From contig JAYNJV010000001.1 of NCBI GenBank assembly GCA_038110525.1, positions 32,355 through 96,354 on the forward strand: DNA of 64,000 nucleotides. The letters are read 5' to 3'. This stretch comes from Candidatus Poseidoniales archaeon (GTDB taxonomy: Archaea; Thermoplasmatota; Poseidoniia; Poseidoniales; Poseidoniaceae). A model generated the notes under the pieces. The model worked only from the letters and a program-made list of their open reading frames with translations, ran no database searches and had not been told where the DNA came from. A program made the position numbers and the translations under genes. This document shows positions 48,001-56,596 of this stretch, piece after piece; the first letter of the stretch is position 1, and every line of letters begins with the position of its first letter.

Positions 48001-48225
48001 TGGAATGATGGACCCGAAGTCTATTATCAAGACCATGATGGTGATGGTATGGCAACAGGTTGGGAATATCACTTCCAATTTGATCCATACGATGCCGCAG
48101 ATAGAATGGTAGACACCGATGGAGATGGTCATGTCAATTACTGTGAGTACAAGTGGGACACAAACCCAAGAAACCCCGTATCATTCCCAGGACAAGGAGA
48201 ACTCTGCGATCCATTTGAATCATGA
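45100..48225 (+). CDS. N-terminally anchored surface protein made almost entirely of thrombospondin-type-3-like calcium-binding repeats
   Basis: The N-terminal TM is YISIVSTLIFGSLFVGVSGF. More than 25 copies of DxDxDG[LM]xDxxE follow (for example DTDGDGLSDKLEE, DTDNDGMSDGWE, DTDNDGLNDKWE, DTDGDGLIDGIE). The protein is extremely acidic. Confidence 0.8.
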   Translation: MSSRSDCTDARGMSMSLSPNQMAYISIVSTLIFGSLFVGVSGFYQTNEGLGGFDSALEENIQGQGEDYYDSPDTDGDGLSDKLEETQYGTDPMNPDTDNDGMSDGWEVAHGLNPLDNGESQDLENDPTSDTETDDAKVENETDSWPDPNQGPNGDPDRDGLTNKVEEELGTDPQRADTDNDGLNDKWESLYTMVVQTPGGDITLFNPLNGNWDCILLDSAMREALMQKYDGQDGALNWMDLATNNRHSCDMVLDSDNDGLANFEEEMYGTNPTARDSDMDLIDDIVEVANSTILLKKGLGEQCNRGLVEFIETTGPFYGFDTSWFRQDMDGDGKLNGPSDWDTDGDGMPDGFEFCYSKSNLAPNKDSSKTLDPANSSDGYNDWDEDGLNNVEEYMVAQIFGEDNFTSPWRMDTDEDDMPDQWEAANGLHPRDSSNFDKDPDMDGWDTDGDGAVRYDTLELTAVVYSVDVILGQEVLANQTVARARITLGGGNQQIIPLLSPVDGYVYDINVMNGDTVESRLFTWMTIVEEHERFTNLMEYQARDRDGDGILDGRSTNPLVADTDGDGLIDGIEVLGWEILVINRGVQETWVTSDPGLYDTDMDGLSDYEEFSSTCDGGSNASNPDTDSDGLTDLQEAGDNFQWEGVPYSTSPCMFDTDNDGLEDGEEVIAGEDNFLTHANKSDTDDDGLVDGQEVLYVPRPFQNPTNPLINDTDADGMLDGWEMQVKSAEDNTNSHSLWVTTSTWLRPGCEVSQTSSCTMEPGGYVWQNWLGGFVLEPKFQVSEMNLTGFSMPSNQKCDGCNGRWALDPSLGSLPDDVFDVDNDTLLNSAEAPDRWNTNPVDDDTDGDLLPDGWEVSYSELAFDLGLVDNQSLSANGARGVMDPAMKDSDLDGINDGEEDPDHDGLNRTGLIKKYCPGYNDTSNSECNIDPDTPDGQRFYNNLENYTNFEEMQNGTNPVRNDTDGDEWNDGPEVYYQDHDGDGMATGWEYHFQFDPYDAADRMVDTDGDGHVNYCEYKWDTNPRNPVSFPGQGELCDPFES
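45316..48175 (+). repeat. in-frame array of TSP3-like DxDxDGxxDxxE coding repeats (interrupted)
   Basis: Repeated DNA words such as gatacagataacgatgg occur at ~45379 and ~45630. The peptide repeats are listed under the CDS. Confidence 0.75.
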
Positions 48226-48241
48226 TGGAATAGTGTAACTC

Positions 48242-49732
48242 ATGGCCCGACTAAAAGTAACACTCATTCTTTTTGTGTTTCTTTTGCCTATGATTCCAAA
48301 TGGTTCTTCTGTAAATGGGCCATCCATCACATTTGAGCAAGAACATGGATATTTTATTACAAATTCAAATGTAAATTTATCGGGATTTTCAAACATTGAG
48401 ATGAAGAAAGCATCATGGAAACTTTGGGATGTGAGTAGTCCTTCATTAACAACATTGGTTGAGTCGGGAGACCACATGACGACAGTTTCACCTATCAGTG
48501 ATTATTTTTGGCAATGGAATCTACAATTTGAGGTTCAAAATTTAAATTGCACATGTTACCTCATTATTTCTGTCCCTGATGGCATTGATGTCATTCAATC
48601 AAACATCTTGTTGTATATCGGTGAAAGAAATCATCGGCCTGAAATCATGTTGCCACATTCGCTTGAATCATCTTTCACCTCACAGAACAGGATATTACTT
48701 TCAAAGCTTGATGCGATTGTAACTCTCAAAGCTTTTGTGCCTTCGGGTATGTTATCCGATGCAAATCTTGTTGCAAATATATGTGAATCACCTTATTGGG
48801 TTTGTCTCCAAGAACGAATTCAAATGCCATTGAATTTTACAACCAATGGCAATGATTTATCAATTTCTTTGAATTCAGACACATTTAATTTAGATGATGG
48901 AATTTGGGATTTTGAATTAATTCTCATCGATGAACTTCTTGTCTACTCTGCTCCTATTCATCTTCAGATTCACATCGACACTCAACTTCCTCACATTGAA
49001 CTTGAATTTGACACAAATCAAAAAGAAAATAATCAATTTTCCGTGTTTGCAAATATCGATGATGGCTACACTGGTTCAAGTGAGGTTCTCACTTGGATGC
49101 TTCGAACTCCTTCGGGTGATACTCGAGCACTATCCTCAAATGAAATTATAGACGAAAACCGCCTTGAACTGAATTTAAGCGTTCCCGGTTCGTATACTCT
49201 TGAAGTCCTTGTGCGAGATTCTGCGGGACATTTTAATCGAAGCAATAGAACATTTGTTGTTGAAGATGTTGAGCCAATTGCTGAAATATATTTTGATACA
49301 ATGAAACTTGCTTCCGGTATCACATTAGAAGCTAAATTTGGAGGAGATTGGGTTATCCAAACACAGCCAAATGGAAATCTTGATCCTATGACTGTTTCCT
49401 GGAACATACTATTTCCGAATGGTGAGGTTATGATCTATTCGGGGGAACTGATGAATTCAAGCGTTTTTACAACTGAAGGAACATATGTTCTCACTTTGCA
49501 GGTTTCTGACGACGAAGGTGGTACATCATCGTCTACGTTTCAACTGAATCTTATTCATTCCAGTAGCGATTCTTCTTCAAAAACCGTAGATGCGATGTTT
49601 GCTGGTATACTTCTTCTATCAATTGTGTTTGTTTTTCTTGTCGTGTATAATTTGAATATGAAAAAGAAAGGAAAGTCGTCAACTGAATTGCCTAAATGGT
49701 CTGGAGATGATGAGTCAAGGAAGTATAGTTGA
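48242..49732 (+). CDS. secreted Ig/PKD-like repeat protein with a C-terminal TM anchor
   Basis: Signal peptide MARLKVTLILFVFLLPMIP. PKD-like strands are present (YTLEVLVRDSAGHFNRSNRTFVV; YVLTLQVSDDEGGTSSSTFQLN). The C-terminal helix FAGILLLSIVFVFLVVY is followed by KKKGK. Confidence 0.7.
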   Translation: MARLKVTLILFVFLLPMIPNGSSVNGPSITFEQEHGYFITNSNVNLSGFSNIEMKKASWKLWDVSSPSLTTLVESGDHMTTVSPISDYFWQWNLQFEVQNLNCTCYLIISVPDGIDVIQSNILLYIGERNHRPEIMLPHSLESSFTSQNRILLSKLDAIVTLKAFVPSGMLSDANLVANICESPYWVCLQERIQMPLNFTTNGNDLSISLNSDTFNLDDGIWDFELILIDELLVYSAPIHLQIHIDTQLPHIELEFDTNQKENNQFSVFANIDDGYTGSSEVLTWMLRTPSGDTRALSSNEIIDENRLELNLSVPGSYTLEVLVRDSAGHFNRSNRTFVVEDVEPIAEIYFDTMKLASGITLEAKFGGDWVIQTQPNGNLDPMTVSWNILFPNGEVMIYSGELMNSSVFTTEGTYVLTLQVSDDEGGTSSSTFQLNLIHSSSDSSSKTVDAMFAGILLLSIVFVFLVVYNLNMKKKGKSSTELPKWSGDDESRKYS

Positions 49733-49775
49733 ACGAAAATAGAATGCAACGATTCAAAAATTGTGAGATGTTGGA

Positions 49776-51158
49776 ATGGTCATGTTCGCAGAAGCACTCG
49801 AGAGGCTGCCTCATGAGCCTGAACCCGTTCTTAATAGCGAATATCGAGGTAGGCAAGGAAAGTTGTTTTCTCATTTTTCAAGTGGTGATTTATTCATTTT
49901 GCCAGCACCACATGAGGCCACTCATTCAAACGATGTCCATTATCGGTATCGAACATCAAGTGATTTCATCTATTTGACAGGCTGGGTTGAACCGGAGGCA
50001 GTTTTCGTAGCAAGGCACGACAAGGAATCCGAAACATGGATTTCCTCGTTGTTTGTTCAACCCAAGAACACTTTGATGGAAATATGGGAAGGACGTCGCC
50101 CAGGGGTTGAAGGAGCGTTAGCAAACTACCCAATTGATGAGGCGTATTCAATCGATGATTTGCGAGAAAAGTTAAACGATTTTTTGGTCGATACGAAGAG
50201 AGTTTTTCTTCGAACCGGAGTTATTGATAACATTGATGACCTTGTTACTCATGCTATTCAAAGAAGAGATAGAAATCGGCAACATTTCGGTAGCGGGCCA
50301 ATCGGAATTGAAGACCCATCACCATATCTTGCGGAATTGCGACTCATTAAAAGTTCATCAGAAATTTCACAGATGAGGTATGCAGCACAAGTCTCAAGTT
50401 TAGCACATGAATTAGCGATGCGTTTGCAGCAACCAAATTTGAATGAACGTCATCTGCAATCAATTATTGAAGGTTTTTTCACATATGCACATTGCTCTGG
50501 ATGGTCATATCCATCTATTGTTGGTTGTGGGGAAAATGCAACAATTCTACATTACAGAGCAAACAATGCCCCATGCGAAGATGGTGATGTAGTTCTCATC
50601 GATGCTGGTTCGGAATACAGAGGATATGCAGCGGATATCACAAGGTCGTGGCCTGTCTCTGGAAAATTTACGGAAGCACAACGAAGTTTGTATCAAATTG
50701 TTTTAGATTCACAAAAAGCAGCGATTGAACAATGTGTTGCAGGAAATTCTTACACCGCTCCTCATGAAGCTGCACGACGCGTTCTCGCCCAAGGCCTAAT
50801 TGATTTGGGTATCATCGAACAATCACTTGATGATGCACTTGATCTGGAAACAGGTGAATTACGAAAATGGTACATGCACAACACAAGTCATTGGATCGGA
50901 TTAGATGTTCATGATGTTGGAATTTACAAGCCAGATGGAAGTCCACGACTGCTTGAGCCTGGCATGGTGTTGACCATTGAGCCCGGCTTATATTTTGGGG
51001 CTTGGAGACCAGATGTCGATTGTCCTCCAAAATATGCAGATATTGGTATTCGTATCGAAGACGATGTGCTAATCACCGAAAATGGACCGGATGTGCTTAC
51101 AAAAGATTGTCCCAAAGAAATTAATGAATTGGAGTCCATTATCGGTCAAGGAATTTAG
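49776..51158 (+). CDS. pepP: Xaa-Pro aminopeptidase (M24B)
   Basis: The AMP_N-like motif YRTSSDFIYLTGW is present. Metal-ligand motifs are DGDVVLIDAGSEYRGYAADITR, HWIGLDVHD, LTIEPGLY and IRIEDDVLIT. Confidence 0.9.
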   Translation: MVMFAEALERLPHEPEPVLNSEYRGRQGKLFSHFSSGDLFILPAPHEATHSNDVHYRYRTSSDFIYLTGWVEPEAVFVARHDKESETWISSLFVQPKNTLMEIWEGRRPGVEGALANYPIDEAYSIDDLREKLNDFLVDTKRVFLRTGVIDNIDDLVTHAIQRRDRNRQHFGSGPIGIEDPSPYLAELRLIKSSSEISQMRYAAQVSSLAHELAMRLQQPNLNERHLQSIIEGFFTYAHCSGWSYPSIVGCGENATILHYRANNAPCEDGDVVLIDAGSEYRGYAADITRSWPVSGKFTEAQRSLYQIVLDSQKAAIEQCVAGNSYTAPHEAARRVLAQGLIDLGIIEQSLDDALDLETGELRKWYMHNTSHWIGLDVHDVGIYKPDGSPRLLEPGMVLTIEPGLYFGAWRPDVDCPPKYADIGIRIEDDVLITENGPDVLTKDCPKEINELESIIGQGI

Positions 51159-51168
51159 GCGTGATAAT

Positions 51169-52350
51169 ATGCAGTGGCAGGAGATTCTTGCGCGGCAAGC
51201 AACATGGACAAGGGATATCAGTCAAAATCTTCGTTTGTCATCAACTGAAGCAGTTGACCTCTACACAAATGCTCCTCTCCATTCTCTCATGCAAGCAGCT
51301 CATCATCGACGAATGGTTATGCACCCAACTGGTTATGTCACATATTTAGTTGATAGAAACATCAATTACACAAACGTATGTACAATCAATTGCCAATTTT
51401 GTTCCTTCTATCGCCCACCGAAGCATACAGAAACTTACACCCAAACATATGAACAAATTTCTCAACGAATTACTGAACTTGAATCCATTGGTGGGACGCG
51501 AATTTTAATGCAAGGTGGCGTTAATCCAGAGTTACCATTCGATTGGTATACTGATTTGATTCGATTATTGAGAAAAAAGCATCCTTCGATTGACCTCGAT
51601 TGCTTTAGTCCCATTGAAATTGAGGGGATAGCAGAAGTATCTGGCAAATCAACTTTAGATGTTTTGACTTTGCTCAAAGACGCAGGTATGCACGGCCTTC
51701 CTGGCGGTGGTGCAGAGATGCTTGTTGACAATGTGAGAAAAGATGTTTCACCAAAAAAGGGTTCTCCAGCAAATTGGTTGCGAGTCATGCAAGAAGCTCA
51801 ATCGATTGGTTTGACAACCAGTGCCACAAATGTGTTTGGCTTCGGTGAAACACTTTCTGACAGAATTGAACACATGAGTAAAATTCGAGAGTTACAAGAT
51901 CATTCATTATCTCATTACGGAAAAGCGTTCACCTCATTTATTGCATGGCCAGTTCAATTGGAGGTCAACACATTTGGAAAGAGAAATCGCGGAAGAAATC
52001 GATTCGAATTGGGAGCTGGTTCAACAGAATACCTACGACACGTCGCAGTATCTCGATTATTCCTTGATAATGTCGAACACATACAGGCTTCGTGGCCGAC
52101 CATGGGAATGAAAATTGCCCAAATGGCAATGATTGCAGGTGCAGATGATGCAGGTTCAACAATGATGGAAGAAAATGTGGTTTCAGCCTCCGGAACGAAA
52201 AAAGTAGAAGCAACCGAGATCGAATTGCAAACATCAATCGTACGTTCAGGATTGAAACCGATGAAGAGAGATAGCGATTATAACCATCTTGAAACGGTCA
52301 TTTTTTCTAAATCAAGAGAAGAATTAGCTTCTCCACCGCCATCGCTTTAG
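51169..52350 (+). CDS. radical SAM enzyme of the CofH/MqnC/MqnE family
   Basis: The family-typical context is DRNINYTNVCTINCQFCSFYR (CxxxCxxC), followed by ILMQGGVNPEL and SPIEIEG. I cannot discriminate futalosine-pathway enzymes from the FO-synthase subunit by eye. Confidence 0.8.
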   Translation: MQWQEILARQATWTRDISQNLRLSSTEAVDLYTNAPLHSLMQAAHHRRMVMHPTGYVTYLVDRNINYTNVCTINCQFCSFYRPPKHTETYTQTYEQISQRITELESIGGTRILMQGGVNPELPFDWYTDLIRLLRKKHPSIDLDCFSPIEIEGIAEVSGKSTLDVLTLLKDAGMHGLPGGGAEMLVDNVRKDVSPKKGSPANWLRVMQEAQSIGLTTSATNVFGFGETLSDRIEHMSKIRELQDHSLSHYGKAFTSFIAWPVQLEVNTFGKRNRGRNRFELGAGSTEYLRHVAVSRLFLDNVEHIQASWPTMGMKIAQMAMIAGADDAGSTMMEENVVSASGTKKVEATEIELQTSIVRSGLKPMKRDSDYNHLETVIFSKSREELASPPPSL

Positions 52351-55300
52351 GTTGTTGAAGTGTAGAATACAACATAAATGACCGCTCGAATTTGTCGTTC
52401 GCCGTTTCCGACTCCATCGGAAGGCACATATTCCTGCCCATTATACAATCCACGATAATCAAGTGTGTATTGATAATTTGAATTCCCTGCTTGGGATAAA
52501 TCAAGCCAATCTGAAATATCATATCTCCATTGTTTTACATCTTGCCCTGCACACCAGCCGGCACGTCCAAAAGGCCAAGAGCCAAATTGATTTGCAACAA
52601 CACCATTGTTCACTTCATTTTCGCATCCTTCGCTTGAATATACAATCGGGTGCCACTCGTAAGCAGTATGCTGGGTACTATTGTGGGTGAGATAATAGTG
52701 GTGTTCATGGTCACAAAATTCCGCACAATTCGCATTATCTTTACCAAACCCATGGCCTGTGACCGTTGCAACAATTTCAACTTTTGTGGTCGAGGCAGGC
52801 ACTGAAAAATTCAAACTTCGAAGATATCGTGATTCATTGTTGTAGGTTCCATCGAATTGACCACCTGAAAATGCGTAAGTCGCATCATGAGACCGCTCTG
52901 CTGAGCCCCAATTACTGAATAGGAATTTTACAGTTAAATCGCCTTTGTTTGCTCCGCCATATTTGAATCGCCTATCTTGGCCGTCATCAAGCATAAACAA
53001 GTATGGGGAAATATCCGTGAGCCACTGACCTTCTCTACCATAGGTTGTAATCCATCGTACCATTTCTGTTGAACACGAAGAGGAGTTATTTTCATCACAA
53101 ATGTAGAGGTTCGCTAAATAGTCCCATTCGTGACATCCACCATACGAACCATCGCTGTTTTGGTATCGATTCTTTCGTTCAAAACATGCATGTTCGTGAT
53201 ACACCTCCAGTGTGTCATATGCAGAGATTTCATTCTCGAGGTCAATTGTTGCATTTGAAAAAGAAGAAAATCCACTTGACCAGCCACCTACGTGTCTTGA
53301 AAAATCAAAGATTGTGACCACTTCAACTGCAGGGTCGGATTCCCTCATCTTGACTGGAAATTCCGTATTCCATTGATGAGGTTCGTAGGTCAAATGTTTT
53401 GGATCATTGGATTGTGTAGTCCATGCATACAGGGAACCAGTTTCACGAGCCTGTTGGAATCGATCAATACCGAAATAGAGAGGATTGTTAAATGAAGAAA
53501 TGATGTTTCCCAGACCCCCTTGTGCATTGCTTACATCCATATCGATGTAGTGAATTCTTGAGTTCCAATGCGATTCTTCTTCTGAAGATAATGCGGTTAA
53601 GACCGCAGATTTTCTGTTGACAACATCACTATGGTATGATGAATCAAATGAGCCAAAGAACAATTGTGTATTTAATGGCAACCGTCGAATAAATGTTCCA
53701 GGATTTTGAGCCCATGTTCCTGAATTTGAATTTCCTGAGCCATCTGTATACTTGAACATGAAGAAGTATACATCATCACCAGACCACTCATTTTGAAAAT
53801 TATATGTTCCATCAAGAGTAGGTATGCTAAATTGAGGAACGATTTGCATTGGCCCATTCAAAGTTGAAGCACTTGTAAATGGAATCGATTCTTGAATCAC
53901 TGCACATCCGACAGCATTGACTGACCACCGCTGCGGAGAATTTGGACACTGATCTACATTTGAAAAGACTCCATCACCGTCAATGTCAGCACATCCTACA
54001 GCATTGACTTGGTTTCCAAAAGGCGTTCCTGGACATTGGTCTTCTGCGTCATTTACTCCATCTTGGTCAGTATCTCTTTCGACAGCTGCACAACCAAATT
54101 CATCAACATCTACTGATCCAATTGGGGTGAAAGGACACATATCCAATTGGTCTCCCGTTCCATTTACATCCGTTACCCCATCGTTATCATCGTCTAAATC
54201 CTCTTGCTGGTCGTGACAGCCATCGTTGTCAAAATCGGTTTGACTTGATGCAGTCCACCCTATGATGCCCTTTGGGCAATCATCAACCGTGTCATTGGAA
54301 TCATCATTGTCGTCGTTATCATCCTCGTCAATGTCTTCACAACCATCGCTATCCCAATCGCTGTAAAAATTTGAAGCCCAACCCGAACGACCAACAGGGC
54401 AGAGGTCATTGACATCGAGTACACCATCTCCATCGTCGTCTTCATCCTTATTCGCATCATGACAACCATCAGAATCATGGTCAGAATCAGGCGTGCTCGT
54501 CCAGCCGACATCATCTGGGCATTGGTCGTACAAATCAATGACACCGTCATTATCATCGTCATAATCTTCGTCAAAATCCCGACAACCATCCGCATCGAAA
54601 TCAGTTGATGTGGATGAAATCCATCCATCATTTTCACCAACACCCTCGGGACAACGGTCAATGGTGTCCTCTACTCCATCTCCATCTTGGTCATTGGTAT
54701 CGAATTCAGGAATAACTTGTATTGAATATTGACTTGTTTTCTGGTTTTGTGAGCCACAAGTTACCGTTAAATCAACAACAACAGATTCCTTAATTTTTGT
54801 AAAATCGAACAATGCTTTCCATCTTCCATCCTCGTCGAGCTCAATCGTGCCTTCATCACCTAAGATGGTGTATTTCAAAGTACAACTTGAAACATCAGCA
54901 TGTATTGCTTTACCTTCGATCCATACAATATCTGGCTCCTCCAAGAAGAGTGTTGCAGGATATTCAAGGAGTGGTGCATCTTGCTGGGCTTCAAGTGTAG
55001 TTATTGTGGCTAAAAAATCATAATCTTTCAAGAGCAAACCTGAGTTTTCTCCTTCTCTTATACTAATTTTGATTTGATAATCACCAACTTTCTCAGGTGT
55101 GAATTGTAGGTAATAGATGTTTGAAGTTTGAGTCCAGTTGAACTCTGTTATTTGAGAAATCGATGGACTGATAATAAGGGGCTCAACCGAAACAGTGATG
55201 ACAGGTTCAATTTGTAGTGTGAATGATAATCTTGCATCATCTCCAAGTGTCACCTCATTTGTTAAAGTAATCCAAGTAATTTCAACCGAACTTGGTTGAA

Positions 55301-55460
55301 CCTCGATTGGATCAATTTCTTTGTCAATCTCTTGCTCAACAGAAGAAGTACACCCTGCCAAAAGCATAATAGAAACGAAAAAAAGTGCTGAGGATGCTCG
55401 CCTTCCCATAATTTTGCTATGTTGTTGACGCTCATCAAGTTGTTGTTTGATGTTCATCAT
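52347..55460 (-). CDS. lipoprotein: Ig-like N-terminal region, Cys-containing TSP3-like repeats, unknown middle domain and a C-terminal PNGase F-like domain
   Basis: Lipobox signal MGRRASSALFFVSIMLLAGC. Tandem modules of the form DDDNDGVxD..CP..GW.S....D.D.DGC.D follow. The C-terminal ~320 aa carry CHEWDYLANLY, NCAEFC and GRAGWCAGQDV. These match CDEWDRYANVY, GCAEWC and DRAGWCPGMAV of Elizabethkingia PNGase F as I remember it. The start is either 55460 or Met 55409. Confidence 0.8.
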   Translation of the reverse strand: MMNIKQQLDERQQHSKIMGRRASSALFFVSIMLLAGCTSSVEQEIDKEIDPIEVQPSSVEITWITLTNEVTLGDDARLSFTLQIEPVITVSVEPLIISPSISQITEFNWTQTSNIYYLQFTPEKVGDYQIKISIREGENSGLLLKDYDFLATITTLEAQQDAPLLEYPATLFLEEPDIVWIEGKAIHADVSSCTLKYTILGDEGTIELDEDGRWKALFDFTKIKESVVVDLTVTCGSQNQKTSQYSIQVIPEFDTNDQDGDGVEDTIDRCPEGVGENDGWISSTSTDFDADGCRDFDEDYDDDNDGVIDLYDQCPDDVGWTSTPDSDHDSDGCHDANKDEDDDGDGVLDVNDLCPVGRSGWASNFYSDWDSDGCEDIDEDDNDDNDDSNDTVDDCPKGIIGWTASSQTDFDNDGCHDQQEDLDDDNDGVTDVNGTGDQLDMCPFTPIGSVDVDEFGCAAVERDTDQDGVNDAEDQCPGTPFGNQVNAVGCADIDGDGVFSNVDQCPNSPQRWSVNAVGCAVIQESIPFTSASTLNGPMQIVPQFSIPTLDGTYNFQNEWSGDDVYFFMFKYTDGSGNSNSGTWAQNPGTFIRRLPLNTQLFFGSFDSSYHSDVVNRKSAVLTALSSEEESHWNSRIHYIDMDVSNAQGGLGNIISSFNNPLYFGIDRFQQARETGSLYAWTTQSNDPKHLTYEPHQWNTEFPVKMRESDPAVEVVTIFDFSRHVGGWSSGFSSFSNATIDLENEISAYDTLEVYHEHACFERKNRYQNSDGSYGGCHEWDYLANLYICDENNSSSCSTEMVRWITTYGREGQWLTDISPYLFMLDDGQDRRFKYGGANKGDLTVKFLFSNWGSAERSHDATYAFSGGQFDGTYNNESRYLRSLNFSVPASTTKVEIVATVTGHGFGKDNANCAEFCDHEHHYYLTHNSTQHTAYEWHPIVYSSEGCENEVNNGVVANQFGSWPFGRAGWCAGQDVKQWRYDISDWLDLSQAGNSNYQYTLDYRGLYNGQEYVPSDGVGNGERQIRAVIYVVFYTSTT
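53901..54701 (-). repeat. tandem ~45-aa cysteine-containing TSP3-like coding modules
   Basis: Protein residues ~254-520. Four clear modules are followed by shorter CP/GC variants (DTDQDGVNDAEDQCPGTPFGNQVNAVGC, DIDGDGVFSNVDQCPNSPQRWSVNAVGC). Confidence 0.75.
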
Positions 55461-56592
55461 TTAACTCAATTCGACCATCATGAATTGTGATGTGGTTAAT
55501 ACTTATTTTTTCAATGGGGTAATGGACCTTTAGTGGTTGAACGTAGTACAGTGGAGCGAGTTCATTTCGATGAATTGTTATGATGCACTCCCAATGGATT
55601 CGAATGAGGTCGGTACAGGTTGTTCCAGGCCAAATGGTCGGCGGGGGAGCTAATGACAAAACTTCTCCCTCCTTCCAAGGTAAACTTTGACCTCTTTCGC
55701 AAATCCTCATTGGGCGAAGAAACAGTCCCCCACTCACCAGTCGCGAATCCATAGGGGCATCTTCACCGCCAGCAGTCCCATCATCAAGACTCGCTTCCCA
55801 ATGGTGTGGTAATTCGGTTGAAAGACCAGGTGGTGGTTGCATTTTTTCTGTTCTTTGATGTGCAGCGAGTAAAGCCTCTCTTGAGGGGGGTAATATTCCG
55901 ACTTGCCAAGATACTTCGACATCCCCCCAGTGTTCGCCCCAATATGGAAAACCAATAGAAATTTCAAGATTCGAATCCGAGGAAGTTTGTGAATGAAAAA
56001 CGATGTGTGGATTTTCGATTTCTGCCTTGAGAAATTTTTGTTGAGCCCTAAGGTCTGAAAAGTTTCCATATACTCTCATGAAAATAGGTGCAAACAGTAG
56101 CGGAACCACAAGGAATGCTAACAATGGGTAATCAAGTAAACCAAATCGGATGGTTTGAGTGCCTAAACCGGGTATTCCAAATGTTGCAAGCACTGGTTCA
56201 ATGAATAAGTACATGAGACATATCAAAAGCACAATGACAGAGAATTTAATCATCCTTCGAACCAAAGAGTGAATTGGGTGGGGATGTAAATACCAACCTC
56301 TTCTTTGGCGTTTGACGATTGTGGGAAATTTGCTTGTGTCAATAAATTGTGTTTTCCTATCGACATCAATTTTTTCCCCATTGTAGAAATATTCGTGTTT
56401 GACAAACCAAGAATTTTCATCTCCGATTTTGAATGATGGATGGACGGTTTCAAGTTTCTTTTTGACTTCCTCGATGGTTTGAAATTGACCCAAATGTTCC
56501 GTGTGAACTGCGATTGGAATGAATTCTGGATTCCAACGGGACGAATCAAAGGGGGGAAACCTAATTTTAGACACAGATTCTAAATCAACCAA
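55435..56592 (-). CDS. membrane protein (hypothetical)
   Basis: 385-aa ORF. Its central pair/trio of TM helices includes FSVIVLLICLMYLFIEPVLATF and LLAFLVVPLLFAPIFM. No motif recognised. It overlaps the start of the downstream lipoprotein ORF by 26 nt. Confidence 0.55.
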   Translation of the reverse strand: MVDLESVSKIRFPPFDSSRWNPEFIPIAVHTEHLGQFQTIEEVKKKLETVHPSFKIGDENSWFVKHEYFYNGEKIDVDRKTQFIDTSKFPTIVKRQRRGWYLHPHPIHSLVRRMIKFSVIVLLICLMYLFIEPVLATFGIPGLGTQTIRFGLLDYPLLAFLVVPLLFAPIFMRVYGNFSDLRAQQKFLKAEIENPHIVFHSQTSSDSNLEISIGFPYWGEHWGDVEVSWQVGILPPSREALLAAHQRTEKMQPPPGLSTELPHHWEASLDDGTAGGEDAPMDSRLVSGGLFLRPMRICERGQSLPWKEGEVLSLAPPPTIWPGTTCTDLIRIHWECIITIHRNELAPLYYVQPLKVHYPIEKISINHITIHDGRIELNDEHQTTT

Positions 56593-56596
56593 GTTA

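Noticed and set aside
45316-48175. Repetitive DNA considered as a possible CRISPR-like or satellite array (also 53901-54701)
   Set aside because: The repeats are in-frame codons for DxDxDG calcium loops. They are degenerate at the DNA level, variable in spacing, and lie within long intact ORFs.
54260-54661. 133-aa Met/Thr/Val-rich minus-strand ORF
   Set aside because: It is an alternative frame of the Asp-rich repeat region (GAT/GAC read out of frame) and lies inside the PNGase-like lipoprotein gene.
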